From Acidimicrobiia bacterium (GTDB taxonomy: Bacteria > Actinomycetota > Acidimicrobiia > Spongiisociales > ZC4RG35): a DNA stretch of 64,000 nt. The notes below the pieces were generated by a model that worked only from the letters and a program-made list of their open reading frames with translations, did not search any database and was not told the origin of the DNA. Positions 52,402 to 62,110 of the stretch are shown here, in pieces (positions within the stretch are counted from its first letter, which is position 1; each line of letters opens with the position of its first letter). The translations under genes and the position numbers were made by a program. Location of the stretch: NCBI GenBank assembly GCA_965215185.1, contig OZ244034.1:1792001-1856000 (forward strand). Reading direction: 5' to 3'.

Positions 52402-53772
52402 GTGTATTTGGTGCAGACTTTTAGGTTTCCCGCTAAGTGTTCCCCGTCCGCTCATCGTCGGTTGACCGAGGTGTTTTCCATGTCCGCGGAGTTGTATAAC
52501 GCGGCGTTGGAGTCTTGGAGGGGAACATACGCGTGGTGGAGGGAACGCCATCCCGGAGAGGACGACAAGTTCCCCTCGGAGTTGCGGCGTTCGAAGTACG
52601 ACTTGATGAAAGAGTTCACGGGGGTTCGTTCGGATATTCCCGAGTGGGAGCGGCTGGCCGTCCAGGTGGGAAGGGGCGTTGTGTGTCGTTTCGACCGGAC
52701 GGTGAGTTCCTTCTACAAACGCTGCAAAGAAGGGGGCAAGCCGGGGTTTCCCCGCTTCAAGGCGTCCCGCCGGTGGAGGACCATAGAGATCCCGGACGCG
52801 TCGAGTTCCATGGTGGTTCCCCCCAGCACCTCCAAGAACGGTTCTGCTGTGTGGTGGAGACTCGCAGTGAAAGGCGTTCCGCGTCTTCGTTTCCGAGACA
52901 AAGGCCGTAGGTTGGCCGATGCCCTCGGTGGGGGCGCCCGGGTGGTGGAACTACGCGTGGTGAGAACGCCCCTCCGCACAGAGGTACACGTCGTGGTCCG
53001 CCACCCGGAGAGGAACATATCCAGGGTGGAGCCCGCCAATCCCGTGGGGATAGATGTCGGTTTGACGCACCGTTTGACCCTTTCGGGCGGGCAGGTCGTC
53101 CCCCCGCGGAAAGTGGACGCGTCCCGTGTCAAGAGGGCGCAGAGAAAACTGTCCCGTGCCAAGAAAGGCTCCCGCACCAGGGGCAAGAAAGCCCACGCGC
53201 TGGCCAGACTCCACCGCAGAGAAAAAGAGAAAGCCGTCCAGGCTGACTTCCGTCTCGCCCACCACCTCGTCCGCTCCTACGACGGGATAGCCACCGAGGA
53301 CCTCAACGTGACGGGGATGCTCAAATCGAAAAGGTTCTCCAAGAAAATGTCCGAACAACGATGGTCGTCCCTCGGGAACATCCTGGAATACAAAGCCGAG
53401 AAAGCTGGCATTCCATATGAAAGGGTGAATCCCCGCCACACCACCACAGACTGTTCGGCCTGCGGGCACCGACAGGCAATGCCTCTCCGGCAGAGGGTGT
53501 TTCACTGCGGGTCGTGTGGAATGTGCGTGGGTAGGGACGTCAACGCCGCAATCAACATACGCGCCCGGGCTTTTGGCCCGGCGTGGGTAGGGACGTCAAC
53601 GCCGCAATCAACATACGCGCCCGGGCTTTTGTGGTCGGGAGGGACCATCCCCGACGCGATGCGCGTAACAAACTTCGGCTGTAAGACAGGCACGCCCTCC
53701 GGGGAATGCTCTGCGGGTCGACATCGCAGAACAGTATCACCCACGGCGACATCCGTCTACCCAAGTATATAA
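52402..53772 (+). CDS. tnpB: RNA-guided endonuclease TnpB
   Basis: LYNAALE, KPGFPRFK, RuvC-I GIDVG, RuvC-II TEDLN, Zn finger CSACG/CGSCG, RuvC-III RDVNAAINI; likely leaderless GTG 52402 after TATTCT (52389-52394). Confidence 0.93.
   Translation: MYLVQTFRFPAKCSPSAHRRLTEVFSMSAELYNAALESWRGTYAWWRERHPGEDDKFPSELRRSKYDLMKEFTGVRSDIPEWERLAVQVGRGVVCRFDRTVSSFYKRCKEGGKPGFPRFKASRRWRTIEIPDASSSMVVPPSTSKNGSAVWWRLAVKGVPRLRFRDKGRRLADALGGGARVVELRVVRTPLRTEVHVVVRHPERNISRVEPANPVGIDVGLTHRLTLSGGQVVPPRKVDASRVKRAQRKLSRAKKGSRTRGKKAHALARLHRREKEKAVQADFRLAHHLVRSYDGIATEDLNVTGMLKSKRFSKKMSEQRWSSLGNILEYKAEKAGIPYERVNPRHTTTDCSACGHRQAMPLRQRVFHCGSCGMCVGRDVNAAINIRARAFGPAWVGTSTPQSTYAPGLLWSGGTIPDAMRVTNFGCKTGTPSGECSAGRHRRTVSPTATSVYPSI
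53525..53631 (+). repeat. 51-bp perfect tandem duplication in the tnpB 3' region
   Basis: 53525-53575 identical to 53581-53631. Confidence 0.95.
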
Positions 53773-53777
53773 GTCCC
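53632..53777 (+). ncRNA. Candidate TnpB omega/reRNA scaffold
   Basis: Position at tnpB 3' end; hairpins GTCGGG/CCCGAC, ACGCG/CGCGT, TCTGCG/CGCAGA, ACGG/CCGT. Confidence 0.5.
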
Positions 53778-53827
53778 ATTGTTTAGTCAAACTCTGCCGG
53801 TTGGTTCCATCCCCGTCATCCCAGCGG

Positions 53828-55492
53828 TTAGCGTCGCTCCCTGGTGAACGCGATACGGCTGCTATCCGGCAACCACACCGGCCACCGGGCGATGTACGGG
53901 CTGTCAGTAAGCTGCAACAGGTTTCCGCCATCGGCATCCATGACAAATATCGCCCAGTTGCGATTGGTGTCGTTGCTATTGAAAGCGATTCGCGCACCAT
54001 CTGGAGACCACACCGGCCAGGCGTTGTTCAACCATTCTTCTCGACCGCCGCTCCTGTGGGTAAGACGTCGAACATTGTCACCGTCGGCGTCCATTACAAA
54101 GATCTCCCGTCTGCCATCCCGGCTGTCAGCTGCGTAGACAATCCGGGTTCCATCCGGTGACCACTCCGGTTCCCAGTCTTGGGCGTGGACATTGTCGGTG
54201 AGCTGCCGAACAAGGCCGCTGTCGGCCTCCACCACAAAAACCTCGGCATCTCTACCATCTTTTCCGGGGCTTGTGAAGGCAATATGGTCGCCATGGGGCG
54301 ACCAAGCCAGATCCCTCATGAAGGGGTAGCTTCTGTGGGTGGTCAATTGCTTCTGAGCACTGCCATCCTCATCCACGACATAGAGATACCACTCGTTTCC
54401 CATTCCGCCAGCGAAGGCGATCCGCTCGCCATCAGGTGACCAGACAGGATCTGCGCCCTGGTAGGGGTTATAGGTGATCCGTCGTGCTTTCCCGGTATCC
54501 ACATCCACTACAGAAACCTGGCCCAGATGCGCTGCACTGCTCTTGTCGATGTAGGCAAGGCGACTGCTATCAGGCGACCACACGGGGCCGAAGTCCTCCC
54601 AAACCGGATTTGAGGCAAGAAGCCCACCGATCACCCGGATGTTTTCACCACTGGCGTCCATAACGAACAGCTCATCATGGCGGCTGACAAAAGCGACACG
54701 GGCGCCATCGGGCGACCAGGCCGGGTCCCTTCCTTTCACGAGAATCTGTCGCCCACTTCCGTCGGCGTTCACCACAACAATCTCGGATGAATACTCCAAA
54801 TCGTGAGAAGTGATCCGTCCCGGGGCATCGACGGCCGGGGGTAGCCGGACCAGACCCAATGCGCGGGCGAGGAAAGTTGCCATCTGGCCCCGCGTCACCA
54901 AAGCCTCAGGACAGAACCGAGCGGGATTGACAGCACACCCCTGAGTGATCTTTGCCGCCGCCAAGGCATTGATGTGTGACTGGAAGCGACTGTCCTGCAA
55001 GTCGACAAATCCTACTTCTGCCGCAGGCTCAAGTGAGAAGGCGCGGCTGAGGAAGGCCGCCATGTGTTCCCTGGTCACCGGCTCATCAGGACAAAACCTT
55101 TTCGGCTCCACTGCACACCCTTTGGTCACTTTCAGTTCCGCCAATCGCTCCACGTAAGGCGCCCACCACTCCTCAGCATCCACATCCTCGAACCGAGGGA
55201 GACCCTCGGCAGCCGGCTCCCCGCCTTCCAGCGCCCGGACCAGCCACACTGCCACTACCCATCGCTTGATCTCTTCTTCAGGGCAAATCAGATCCTCTCC
55301 ACACTCCGTGCCGTCCAGAATCCCCTCTGCAGCCAATGCATCAAACGCCGATTCGTAATTCCGCCAATTGTCATCTTCAAACCCTTGTGCCTCCACCGGA
55401 CCTGACATCCCCAGCACCAGCACTAAGACGAGCAAGACCGCTCTTCCTCCCGGACCGAGCAACCACACCCCGATCCCCCCAAATCCCCTCAT
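53828..55492 (-). CDS. SLH-domain protein with TolB-like PD40 beta-propeller
   Basis: Signal peptide, FCPDEPVTREHMAAFL, repeated WSPDG. Confidence 0.88.
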   Translation of the reverse strand: MRGFGGIGVWLLGPGGRAVLLVLVLVLGMSGPVEAQGFEDDNWRNYESAFDALAAEGILDGTECGEDLICPEEEIKRWVVAVWLVRALEGGEPAAEGLPRFEDVDAEEWWAPYVERLAELKVTKGCAVEPKRFCPDEPVTREHMAAFLSRAFSLEPAAEVGFVDLQDSRFQSHINALAAAKITQGCAVNPARFCPEALVTRGQMATFLARALGLVRLPPAVDAPGRITSHDLEYSSEIVVVNADGSGRQILVKGRDPAWSPDGARVAFVSRHDELFVMDASGENIRVIGGLLASNPVWEDFGPVWSPDSSRLAYIDKSSAAHLGQVSVVDVDTGKARRITYNPYQGADPVWSPDGERIAFAGGMGNEWYLYVVDEDGSAQKQLTTHRSYPFMRDLAWSPHGDHIAFTSPGKDGRDAEVFVVEADSGLVRQLTDNVHAQDWEPEWSPDGTRIVYAADSRDGRREIFVMDADGDNVRRLTHRSGGREEWLNNAWPVWSPDGARIAFNSNDTNRNWAIFVMDADGGNLLQLTDSPYIARWPVWLPDSSRIAFTRERR

Positions 55493-57288
55493 GATTCGCC
55501 GCCACGAATCATCGGCAACCATCTCGGACTCCAGTCTTCATGTTGGTTGTCGGTGATTTGCGCCACATTTCCATCATCCACCTTCACTACTGCTATCTCC
55601 CAACTCTCCTGACTCCCTGCGCTGTCTTCGCCAGCCGGGATATGCCCGAAAGCGATGTAACCGCTGTCGGGTGACCAAACCGGGTCTGTTACCGCTCGAT
55701 GCTTGTTGTGAGTCAGTCGCCGGACGTCGGCTTCGTCCACAACCACCATGAAGATTTCCCATCCACCCTCCGTTACTGATCTGAAAGCAATCTTGGAGCC
55801 ATCTGGAGACCATGTAAGGCCGTATACGCCAACGCTGGCGTTCGTGAGTCGTCGAAGGTTTCTTCCGATGGCATCGCTTACGAATAGGTCACCCAGGCCG
55901 CCGGGCTCATACTGGGTGAAGGCGATTTGAGAACCGTCAGGAGACCAAACAGGGTATAGACCCCCACGGGCGTTCGTGAGTCGCTGCAGATCACCGCCGA
56001 ACTTATCCACCACGAACGCCCCATCCCGCAAGACGCTCGAACCGTTTCTGAGCTCCTCGCTTGTGCCATTAAAGGCGATCCGAGAACCGTCGGGAGACCA
56101 CATGAAATGCGGTTGGTCGCTGGCATTTTGAGTTGCTTGCCAGAACTGGGCGCTGCTTACATCTACAACGAATACCTGCCACCCGTGGTCCGCATAGTCG
56201 TTGAAGGCAATGTGGGAACCATCAGGAGACCACAGCAAAGTGTGCGGGTCGTGGTAGGGGGTTGCAAGAAGTTGCCGCAGATTGCTCCCATCCTTGTCCA
56301 CCACATACAAGAACCCACTGCCGTGGTGGGCGCTAGCAAAAGCGATTTGAGAACCGTCAGAAGACCACTCTGGATCCTGGATCCAGAGATTCTCCACAAT
56401 TTGTCTCCGGTTCTTGCCATCCGAATCTATTACGAAGAGCCCATAGCCATCGTTTCCGACGTAGGCGATCTGAGAACCGTCAGAAGACCAATCAGGATCC
56501 CTGCTGGACGTGATGGAGGTGAGCTGGCGCAGATTCCGACCATCGGCATCCACTAAAAGAACCTTGAACCCACCGTAGTAGCTGCCGCTGTAACTGCTGA
56601 AGGCCAGCCGCGGGACGGACCTGCTGACTCTCTGTGGCAGGGAGACGAGATTGAGAGCACGGGCGACAAATGCAGACATCTGCCCTCGGGTCATCAAAGC
56701 CTCAGGGCAGAATCGAGGCGGGTCAACATCGCACCCCAAGGTAATTCCCACAGCCGCAAGGGCATCAATGCTCTCTTCGTGGGTACTGCCCGCGGTGTCA
56801 ACGAACCCTGCCGTACCCGCTCTCCCGAGGAAAAACGCTCGGGTCAGAAACGTCGCCATCTGGGCGCGGGTCACTGACTGTTCAGGACAGAACCTGGCAG
56901 GTTCCACCGCACACCCTTTCGTCACCCCCAACTCGGCCAGCCGCTCCACAAAAGGCATCCACCACACTCCCGCATCGATATCCACGAACCGGGTGGAAAA
57001 CACCCCCTCAGGATCGGAGCCGTCCAACACCCGGACCAGCCATACCGCCATCACCCACCGCTCCATTACTTCATCGGGACACATCAAACCCTCCCCACAC
57101 TCCGTTCCGTCCAGAATGCCTCTCTCGGCCAAAGCATCCAGAGCCGACTCGTAAAACCCTCCATCATCATCGGTGAAAGAATCAGCGCTGACCGGACCCA
57201 ACACTCCCAATACCAACCCCAACGCGACAAGCATCGTCCAAAAACCGCTTCCCCGGAACCACTTCCCCCTTCTCACATTGCCATCCAT
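55489..57288 (-). CDS. SLH-domain protein with TolB-like PD40 beta-propeller (tandem paralog)
   Basis: FCPEQSVTRAQMATFL, repeated WSPDGSQIAF; start approximate. Confidence 0.88.
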   Translation of the reverse strand: MDGNVRRGKWFRGSGFWTMLVALGLVLGVLGPVSADSFTDDDGGFYESALDALAERGILDGTECGEGLMCPDEVMERWVMAVWLVRVLDGSDPEGVFSTRFVDIDAGVWWMPFVERLAELGVTKGCAVEPARFCPEQSVTRAQMATFLTRAFFLGRAGTAGFVDTAGSTHEESIDALAAVGITLGCDVDPPRFCPEALMTRGQMSAFVARALNLVSLPQRVSRSVPRLAFSSYSGSYYGGFKVLLVDADGRNLRQLTSITSSRDPDWSSDGSQIAYVGNDGYGLFVIDSDGKNRRQIVENLWIQDPEWSSDGSQIAFASAHHGSGFLYVVDKDGSNLRQLLATPYHDPHTLLWSPDGSHIAFNDYADHGWQVFVVDVSSAQFWQATQNASDQPHFMWSPDGSRIAFNGTSEELRNGSSVLRDGAFVVDKFGGDLQRLTNARGGLYPVWSPDGSQIAFTQYEPGGLGDLFVSDAIGRNLRRLTNASVGVYGLTWSPDGSKIAFRSVTEGGWEIFMVVVDEADVRRLTHNKHRAVTDPVWSPDSGYIAFGHIPAGEDSAGSQESWEIAVVKVDDGNVAQITDNQHEDWSPRWLPMIRGGES

Positions 57289-57904
57289 CACGACTCCTAC
57301 AACACGGCCGATCAGCCGGTACCTATACAGACTATGCCGGAGACGTCCCGAAGACCGCGCCGAGTCTGTCTGGGCCGGTTCGGCGTCATCCAGGATGCGG
57401 ACCAGACAGCCATTGCCCACCGCGGCATGGTTTGCACCGTAATCGCTACTGCGCCCACTACTTGACGGAGTCTCGCCTAGGTTCGGTCAGGCGCCTACGG
57501 TTAAGTCAGGGGATGCGGTCGAGGAGCGTCAAGCCGGCTCCGATGACTCCTGCCGGCGGGCCGCAGGTTCCCACCAGGATCGGAGTTTCCCGCGCCCGGT
57601 CGGACCACACCGACCGGCAGGGTACCTCTCCTATTCGCTCCAACGTCTGGATAAGGCCCTCCGGTCGAAAGCGCCGGAGTCCGCGGCCGGAGCCGAGACG
57701 GACCGGTCGGGCGGTGGTAACGCATCCGGGCAGCAGCCAATGCCCACCCTGGTCGAGGCTTCCCGCGCCGGTGCGAGTGGATAGCGTCTCGGGTCGGTTT
57801 CGCGGGGGCCGGAACTCGGAGCATTCGAGCAGGAAGGGGGCATACACTTCCCGTCACAGAGACGAGTCCGTCCTACACCGCCTACAAGGGGAGGTAGCTC
57901 CAAA

Positions 57905-58462
57905 ATGAGATTCGATTGGGACCTCGAGCCCGAATGGTGGCTCGCCGCGGCCTTCGCGGCGTTGCTGGTAGTCGTTCTACTGGTGCTGGCCATTGTCGCC
58001 TACGCGGCCTACAGGGGGATGCGGCAGCAGCGAGACGAGACGAACAAGAGATTGGAGCTGGCGCGTCAAGAACTCGCTGACAACCGAAGAGCACTGGAGG
58101 AGGCGCGGCGGGATCAGGAAAGGGTCCTCAAAGAACTGGACGAGGCGCGCAGGGATTGGCATGATGCCATCCGACGGCTCACCCCGAGACTCAGAGAGCA
58201 AGCAGGAAAGATCTCGGAAGTGCTCGAAGGGTTGGCGCGGTGGCAGGAGGACCGCAAGAAACTGGGCCTCGGCGGCGGGTGGGAGTTGCGGGCGGTAGCC
58301 GTGATGAAGGCCTCCCAGGAGGACCACGAGAAAGCGCAAGAAGCGATGGCAAACTTCCGCAAAATGGCCAACAACAGCTTCAGTGCGCTGAAACGCCTGA
58401 TCGAACGCCCGGGGATTAAAAGCGGCGACGATGCCAAAGAGGAAAACCCCCAGGCCGAATAG
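57905..58462 (+). CDS. N-terminal TM + coiled-coil protein (paralog of 51477-51986)
   Basis: GGAGG RBS; AYRGMRQQRD, RDWH. Confidence 0.75.
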   Translation: MRFDWDLEPEWWLAAAFAALLVVVLLVLAIVAYAAYRGMRQQRDETNKRLELARQELADNRRALEEARRDQERVLKELDEARRDWHDAIRRLTPRLREQAGKISEVLEGLARWQEDRKKLGLGGGWELRAVAVMKASQEDHEKAQEAMANFRKMANNSFSALKRLIERPGIKSGDDAKEENPQAE

Positions 58463-58529
58463 CCGCTGCCGGCTTCGGGAGGTGGACGTACCCCCAAACC
58501 AACAAAATCCGCGACATCCATCACTATTC

Positions 58530-58601
58530 CGCGAAATTCTGCCCCCGCCCTTTTCACCCGAGGGCCCATCCCCCGCCACCGCCACCATCTGCGAAATCGC
58601 G
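58530..58601 (+). repeat. ~74-bp dispersed intergenic repeat, copy 3
   Basis: CGCGAAATT...GGGCCCATCCCCCGCCACC...GAAATCGCG. Confidence 0.7.
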
Positions 58602-58813
58602 AGAACCCGCGACCCGGTAAGGCCGACACTCTATGACCTCTGGGATCTACAGCCCGGGAGAGCTCTGGTCCGGGCTGGAGGCTATTGTGCAGCCCTGACA
58701 GTATGAGGTGGTGGTGGGACAGAGTCGACCTTTTGTTGACGGAATTCTTGCCAACTTGGGGCTAGACAGCATCGATCCTCTCTGAGCAGACCGGGCGAGA
58801 TACGCTTTAGCGC

Positions 58814-59806
58814 ATGCAACCTCTTGCGGACGCTCGCTCCCCTCTGGCCGAGGCGGTGCTGGCCGCTGTCGAGTTCCAACCCGACGATGTGTTCTGTGCG
58901 ACGGTGGCGCGCTTTGCCGAATTGGCCGAGGCTTATGAGGACCTGGTGGAGAGAATGGGCGGAGCTCTGCCGGGTCGAGGAGTCAGCCCACTGCCCGTGT
59001 CCGAGCTGCCTTGGGAACCCGATCTCGGGGAGGCCGCTCGGCTGGCAAAGGCGGTGCGCTCCTCCCTGGGCTGGGGCGAGGGGCCGATCGCCGATCACCT
59101 GCTGGCGCTCACCGCCCACCACACGCTGGTGTTCCGGCTTCCCCTCGCAGATCCCCATTCCGGGTTCTTCTACAACCACCCCTCCATCGGGTTCAGTGTG
59201 GTGGTCAACTCCCGGATGAACCTGGGACGCCATCTGTTCGCACTGGCCACCCAGCTCTGCCACGCCTTCTGCCACTCCCACCTCCGGGACGCGTGGTTCT
59301 CCCTGCCGGAGGGAGAACACCAGCGTCTGGCCGACCGCTTCGCCGCGCAACTATTGGTGCCCGATAGCGCCTTGGTGCGAGAGGTGGGATCCCTGGGCAG
59401 AGGTGTCGATCCTTCCGATCCGGTGGTGGCGCTCCACATCCAACGCCTGTTCGGCGTGAGCTATGCCCTGGTGGCGGTGCGGCTTCGCCAGGCCGGCCTC
59501 ATCACAGAAGAACGGTATCACCGCATGGGAGAGGTCTCGCCCACCGGAATGGCGCCCGACCTTGGCTATGCGGTTCATCCGGTCGACCTCGGCCGCGGCT
59601 CGGACCCTCCCCCGCTGGCGACCGCTCCCCGGCCAATGCTGCAACTGGTCTGCGCCGCTCTGGCCAAGGGAGTGCTGAGCGAAGAACGGGCCGGCAAGGT
59701 GCTGGGGGTGTCTCCCCATGCCGTCTCGCAGCTTCGCTCCCGCCCTCCCACAGAGAAGCGGGAATCCGCGGTCTGGGCCGAAATGGACCGATTGGGGGGC
59801 TGGTAG
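58814..59806 (+). CDS. ImmA/IrrE-family protein lacking HTH, degenerate HExxH
   Basis: VVNS...RHLFALATQLCH, ADRFAAQLLVP, FGVSY. Confidence 0.7.
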   Translation: MQPLADARSPLAEAVLAAVEFQPDDVFCATVARFAELAEAYEDLVERMGGALPGRGVSPLPVSELPWEPDLGEAARLAKAVRSSLGWGEGPIADHLLALTAHHTLVFRLPLADPHSGFFYNHPSIGFSVVVNSRMNLGRHLFALATQLCHAFCHSHLRDAWFSLPEGEHQRLADRFAAQLLVPDSALVREVGSLGRGVDPSDPVVALHIQRLFGVSYALVAVRLRQAGLITEERYHRMGEVSPTGMAPDLGYAVHPVDLGRGSDPPPLATAPRPMLQLVCAALAKGVLSEERAGKVLGVSPHAVSQLRSRPPTEKRESAVWAEMDRLGGW

Positions 59807-59860
59807 GGCATCGGGGGCGATGTTGGGCCTCCGCATCCCTTAAGTGAAGAGGTCGTCCAG

Positions 59861-60196
59861 CTATAGGGAAAAAGCCAAGGCCATCAGAAACGGTATCGCC
59901 ACGACCACAACCCCCGTGATCACAAGACCGGCCAACGCCAGCTTGTAATTCTGCCGATCGATCCGGCTACGTTTGCTCACTGTGACCATGGACAGGACGC
60001 CCCCTACGAAAACAGCGATGAATCCCATCCCAAACAGGAATACGGGCGCATCTAAATCAGATGCTTCAAGTATCACAAGTGTGACCACCAACAGCAAGGA
60101 GAGGACGGAACACCCCAATCCGACCCGGGCGATACGGTTGGCGGCAACCGAGGTTTCTGCTGGGGTGAGGTCGGGTGGGGGGACAGCGCTGGACAT
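59861..60196 (-). CDS. Small membrane protein (DUF4190-like)
   Basis: Three TM segments, LALAGLVI. Confidence 0.55.
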   Translation of the reverse strand: MSSAVPPPDLTPAETSVAANRIARVGLGCSVLSLLLVVTLVILEASDLDAPVFLFGMGFIAVFVGGVLSMVTVSKRSRIDRQNYKLALAGLVITGVVVVAIPFLMALAFSL

Positions 60197-60400
60197 CGGT
60201 ACCTAACTGGGGGGTTTGCCGGGGGCGGATCATAGCTCTTCCCGCTCCCCCGCCGATGGCAGTGTCTACCCCCCGCAGTTACAATTCCAATGGTGATATA
60301 TGAAGGCTGCTCTCGGCCAGCGCGCACCATCCGATGAGCAACAAGCTCCTCCCGCTGGCAACTTCCTGCTTGTTCCCGGCCCTATCTCCCACCATATAGG

Positions 60401-61513
60401 ATGACCATGCAGATCGCTCCGCCGGGGTTAAAGGGATTGGCGGTAGCGGATACCGAACTCGGCTCGGTGCGAGGTGGGGAGGGATTTTTTCATTATCGGC
60501 AGTACGACGCGGTGGAACTGGCCCGCACCCACACGCTCGAAGAGGTGTGGACCCTGCAGGTCGACGGTGCACTGCCGCCCACCGTGCCCGCCATAGATCC
60601 CGGCCCAATGCGGGCAATACCCGAGGAAGCGGCCCGGGTGGTGGATGCGGCCAGCTTCCACATGGACGATCCCATGGCGGTGCTTCGGGTGGGTCTTCTC
60701 GCCGTGGCGTCGGTGGAAGGCCGGGGGCCGTTGCTCGACCGCTCGCCTGTTCAGCGCCGCGACGACGCGGTGCGACTGGCAGCCGTCGTGCCCACCGTCC
60801 TGGCTCGTCATCAACGCCGCCGAGCAGGACTTGATGCTCTGGATCCTGATCCTCAACTCTCCCATGCCGCCGACTATCTGCGGATGAGCACCGGCTCGTC
60901 GCCCAATCTCAAAGCGGCGCGGGCTGTGGAGCAATACCTGGTGACCACTCTCGATCACGGTTTCAACGTCTCCACCTTCGCCAGCCGGGTGGTGGCCAGC
61001 ACCGGCGCCGATATGGCCGGATCTCTGGTGGCCGGACTGGGCGCTTTGAGCGGACCGCTGCACGGCGGCGCGCCGAGCCGGGTGATGGAGATGATCGAGG
61101 AGATCGGCACGCCCGAAAGCGCTGCCTCCTGGGTGCGGGACCGGCTGGCGGCCAGGCAGAAGATCATGGGATTCGGACACGCCGTTTACCGGGTCAGCGA
61201 TCCCCGCGGCACGGTGCTGCGCGCCGCGGCGGAGACACTCGGTGGAGATCTCGTGGAGCGGGCCGCCGCCATCGAACAGGAGATCCTCGGCGTTCTGAGC
61301 GATTGGAGACCCAATCAGCGTATCCTCACCAACGTCGAATACTGGGCTTCGGTGGTGCTCGAACTGGCCGGTCTTCCCCGGTTGATGTTCACCCCCACCT
61401 TCGCAGTGAGCCGAGCGATCGGCTGGTCCTCCCATGTGCTCGAACAGGCCGAGCACGGCAAGATCCTCCGCCCCAGCGCCCGCTACATCGGCCCCGAGCC
61501 GACGCGCTCCTGA
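60401..61513 (+). CDS. Citrate/2-methylcitrate synthase
   Basis: DHGFNVST, GPLHGGA, MGFGHAVY, NVEY, RPSARY. Confidence 0.92.
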   Translation: MTMQIAPPGLKGLAVADTELGSVRGGEGFFHYRQYDAVELARTHTLEEVWTLQVDGALPPTVPAIDPGPMRAIPEEAARVVDAASFHMDDPMAVLRVGLLAVASVEGRGPLLDRSPVQRRDDAVRLAAVVPTVLARHQRRRAGLDALDPDPQLSHAADYLRMSTGSSPNLKAARAVEQYLVTTLDHGFNVSTFASRVVASTGADMAGSLVAGLGALSGPLHGGAPSRVMEMIEEIGTPESAASWVRDRLAARQKIMGFGHAVYRVSDPRGTVLRAAAETLGGDLVERAAAIEQEILGVLSDWRPNQRILTNVEYWASVVLELAGLPRLMFTPTFAVSRAIGWSSHVLEQAEHGKILRPSARYIGPEPTRS

Positions 61514-61597
61514 CTCCCGGTTCGGCCGTCCCTTCTGGCACGGCACTGTTTGCCTTGGAATCAATCAGGGGATCAGCCACGATGGGCCCTTGGGTCC

Positions 61598-62110
61598 CTA
61601 GCGGCTCCAATCAAAACGAGCGTCGAGTTCTTTCAACATTTCGAAGGTATCCATAGAAGTTACATCGAACCTCCGGCAGAGGTTAGGCAGCGGCACCCGT
61701 TTCTTGCTGTTGGGGTCGTACACTTCTTGGGTCACTACGACAGCATGGTTTGCCTTGGCAAATGCGGCGAGCCACCCGTCAGCTACCCTGCCAAACTCAT
61801 CTCCGGCAGCCTCGGTGAATTGGCGATTCCCCTTTACCCACCCCATCATCTGGCTGTAGTAACCGACGACAGACCTTGCTGCAGTAGTAGCTAACACACC
61901 ATCGGTGGCTCGGTGGACCCACCGCTTTAGTTCTAGTGGGTATTTGATCTCATCCCGCACCCTGTCTATAACCATCAGCCGTCCATTGCCAAGGTGATGT
62001 TCTAAACAATCCCAGAAGCCAGGGCAAACGTCAGGCGCGTAGTAAGTGCGATAGGCCGTTATCAGAACATTGGCATCTAAGGCGTATCGAACTTGAACAC
62101 GACTCGTCAC
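61598..62110 (-). CDS. DUF4411 family PIN-domain protein
   Basis: LDANVLI, YYAPDVCPGFW, ADGWL, VVTQE, LPNLC. Confidence 0.85.
   Translation of the reverse strand: MTSRVQVRYALDANVLITAYRTYYAPDVCPGFWDCLEHHLGNGRLMVIDRVRDEIKYPLELKRWVHRATDGVLATTAARSVVGYYSQMMGWVKGNRQFTEAAGDEFGRVADGWLAAFAKANHAVVVTQEVYDPNSKKRVPLPNLCRRFDVTSMDTFEMLKELDARFDWSR

Larger units (their letters stand above)
52345..53777 (+). mobile_element. Non-autonomous TIR-bounded element carrying tnpB, with 8-bp TSD
   Basis: TIRs GGGACTTATATACCTGGGTAGAC (52345-52367) and GTCTACCCAAGTATATAAGTCCC (53755-53777), 22/23 complementary; ATTGTTTA at 52337-52344 and 53778-53785. Confidence 0.9.

Noticed and set aside
53525-53631. Possible mini-CRISPR array next to a Cas12-like gene
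   Set aside because: Only two copies, a 5-nt spacer, and the repeat is RuvC-III coding sequence.
53828-56560. Recurring GGAGACCA/CCGTCAG motifs
   Set aside because: They reflect WSPDG PD40 protein repeats.
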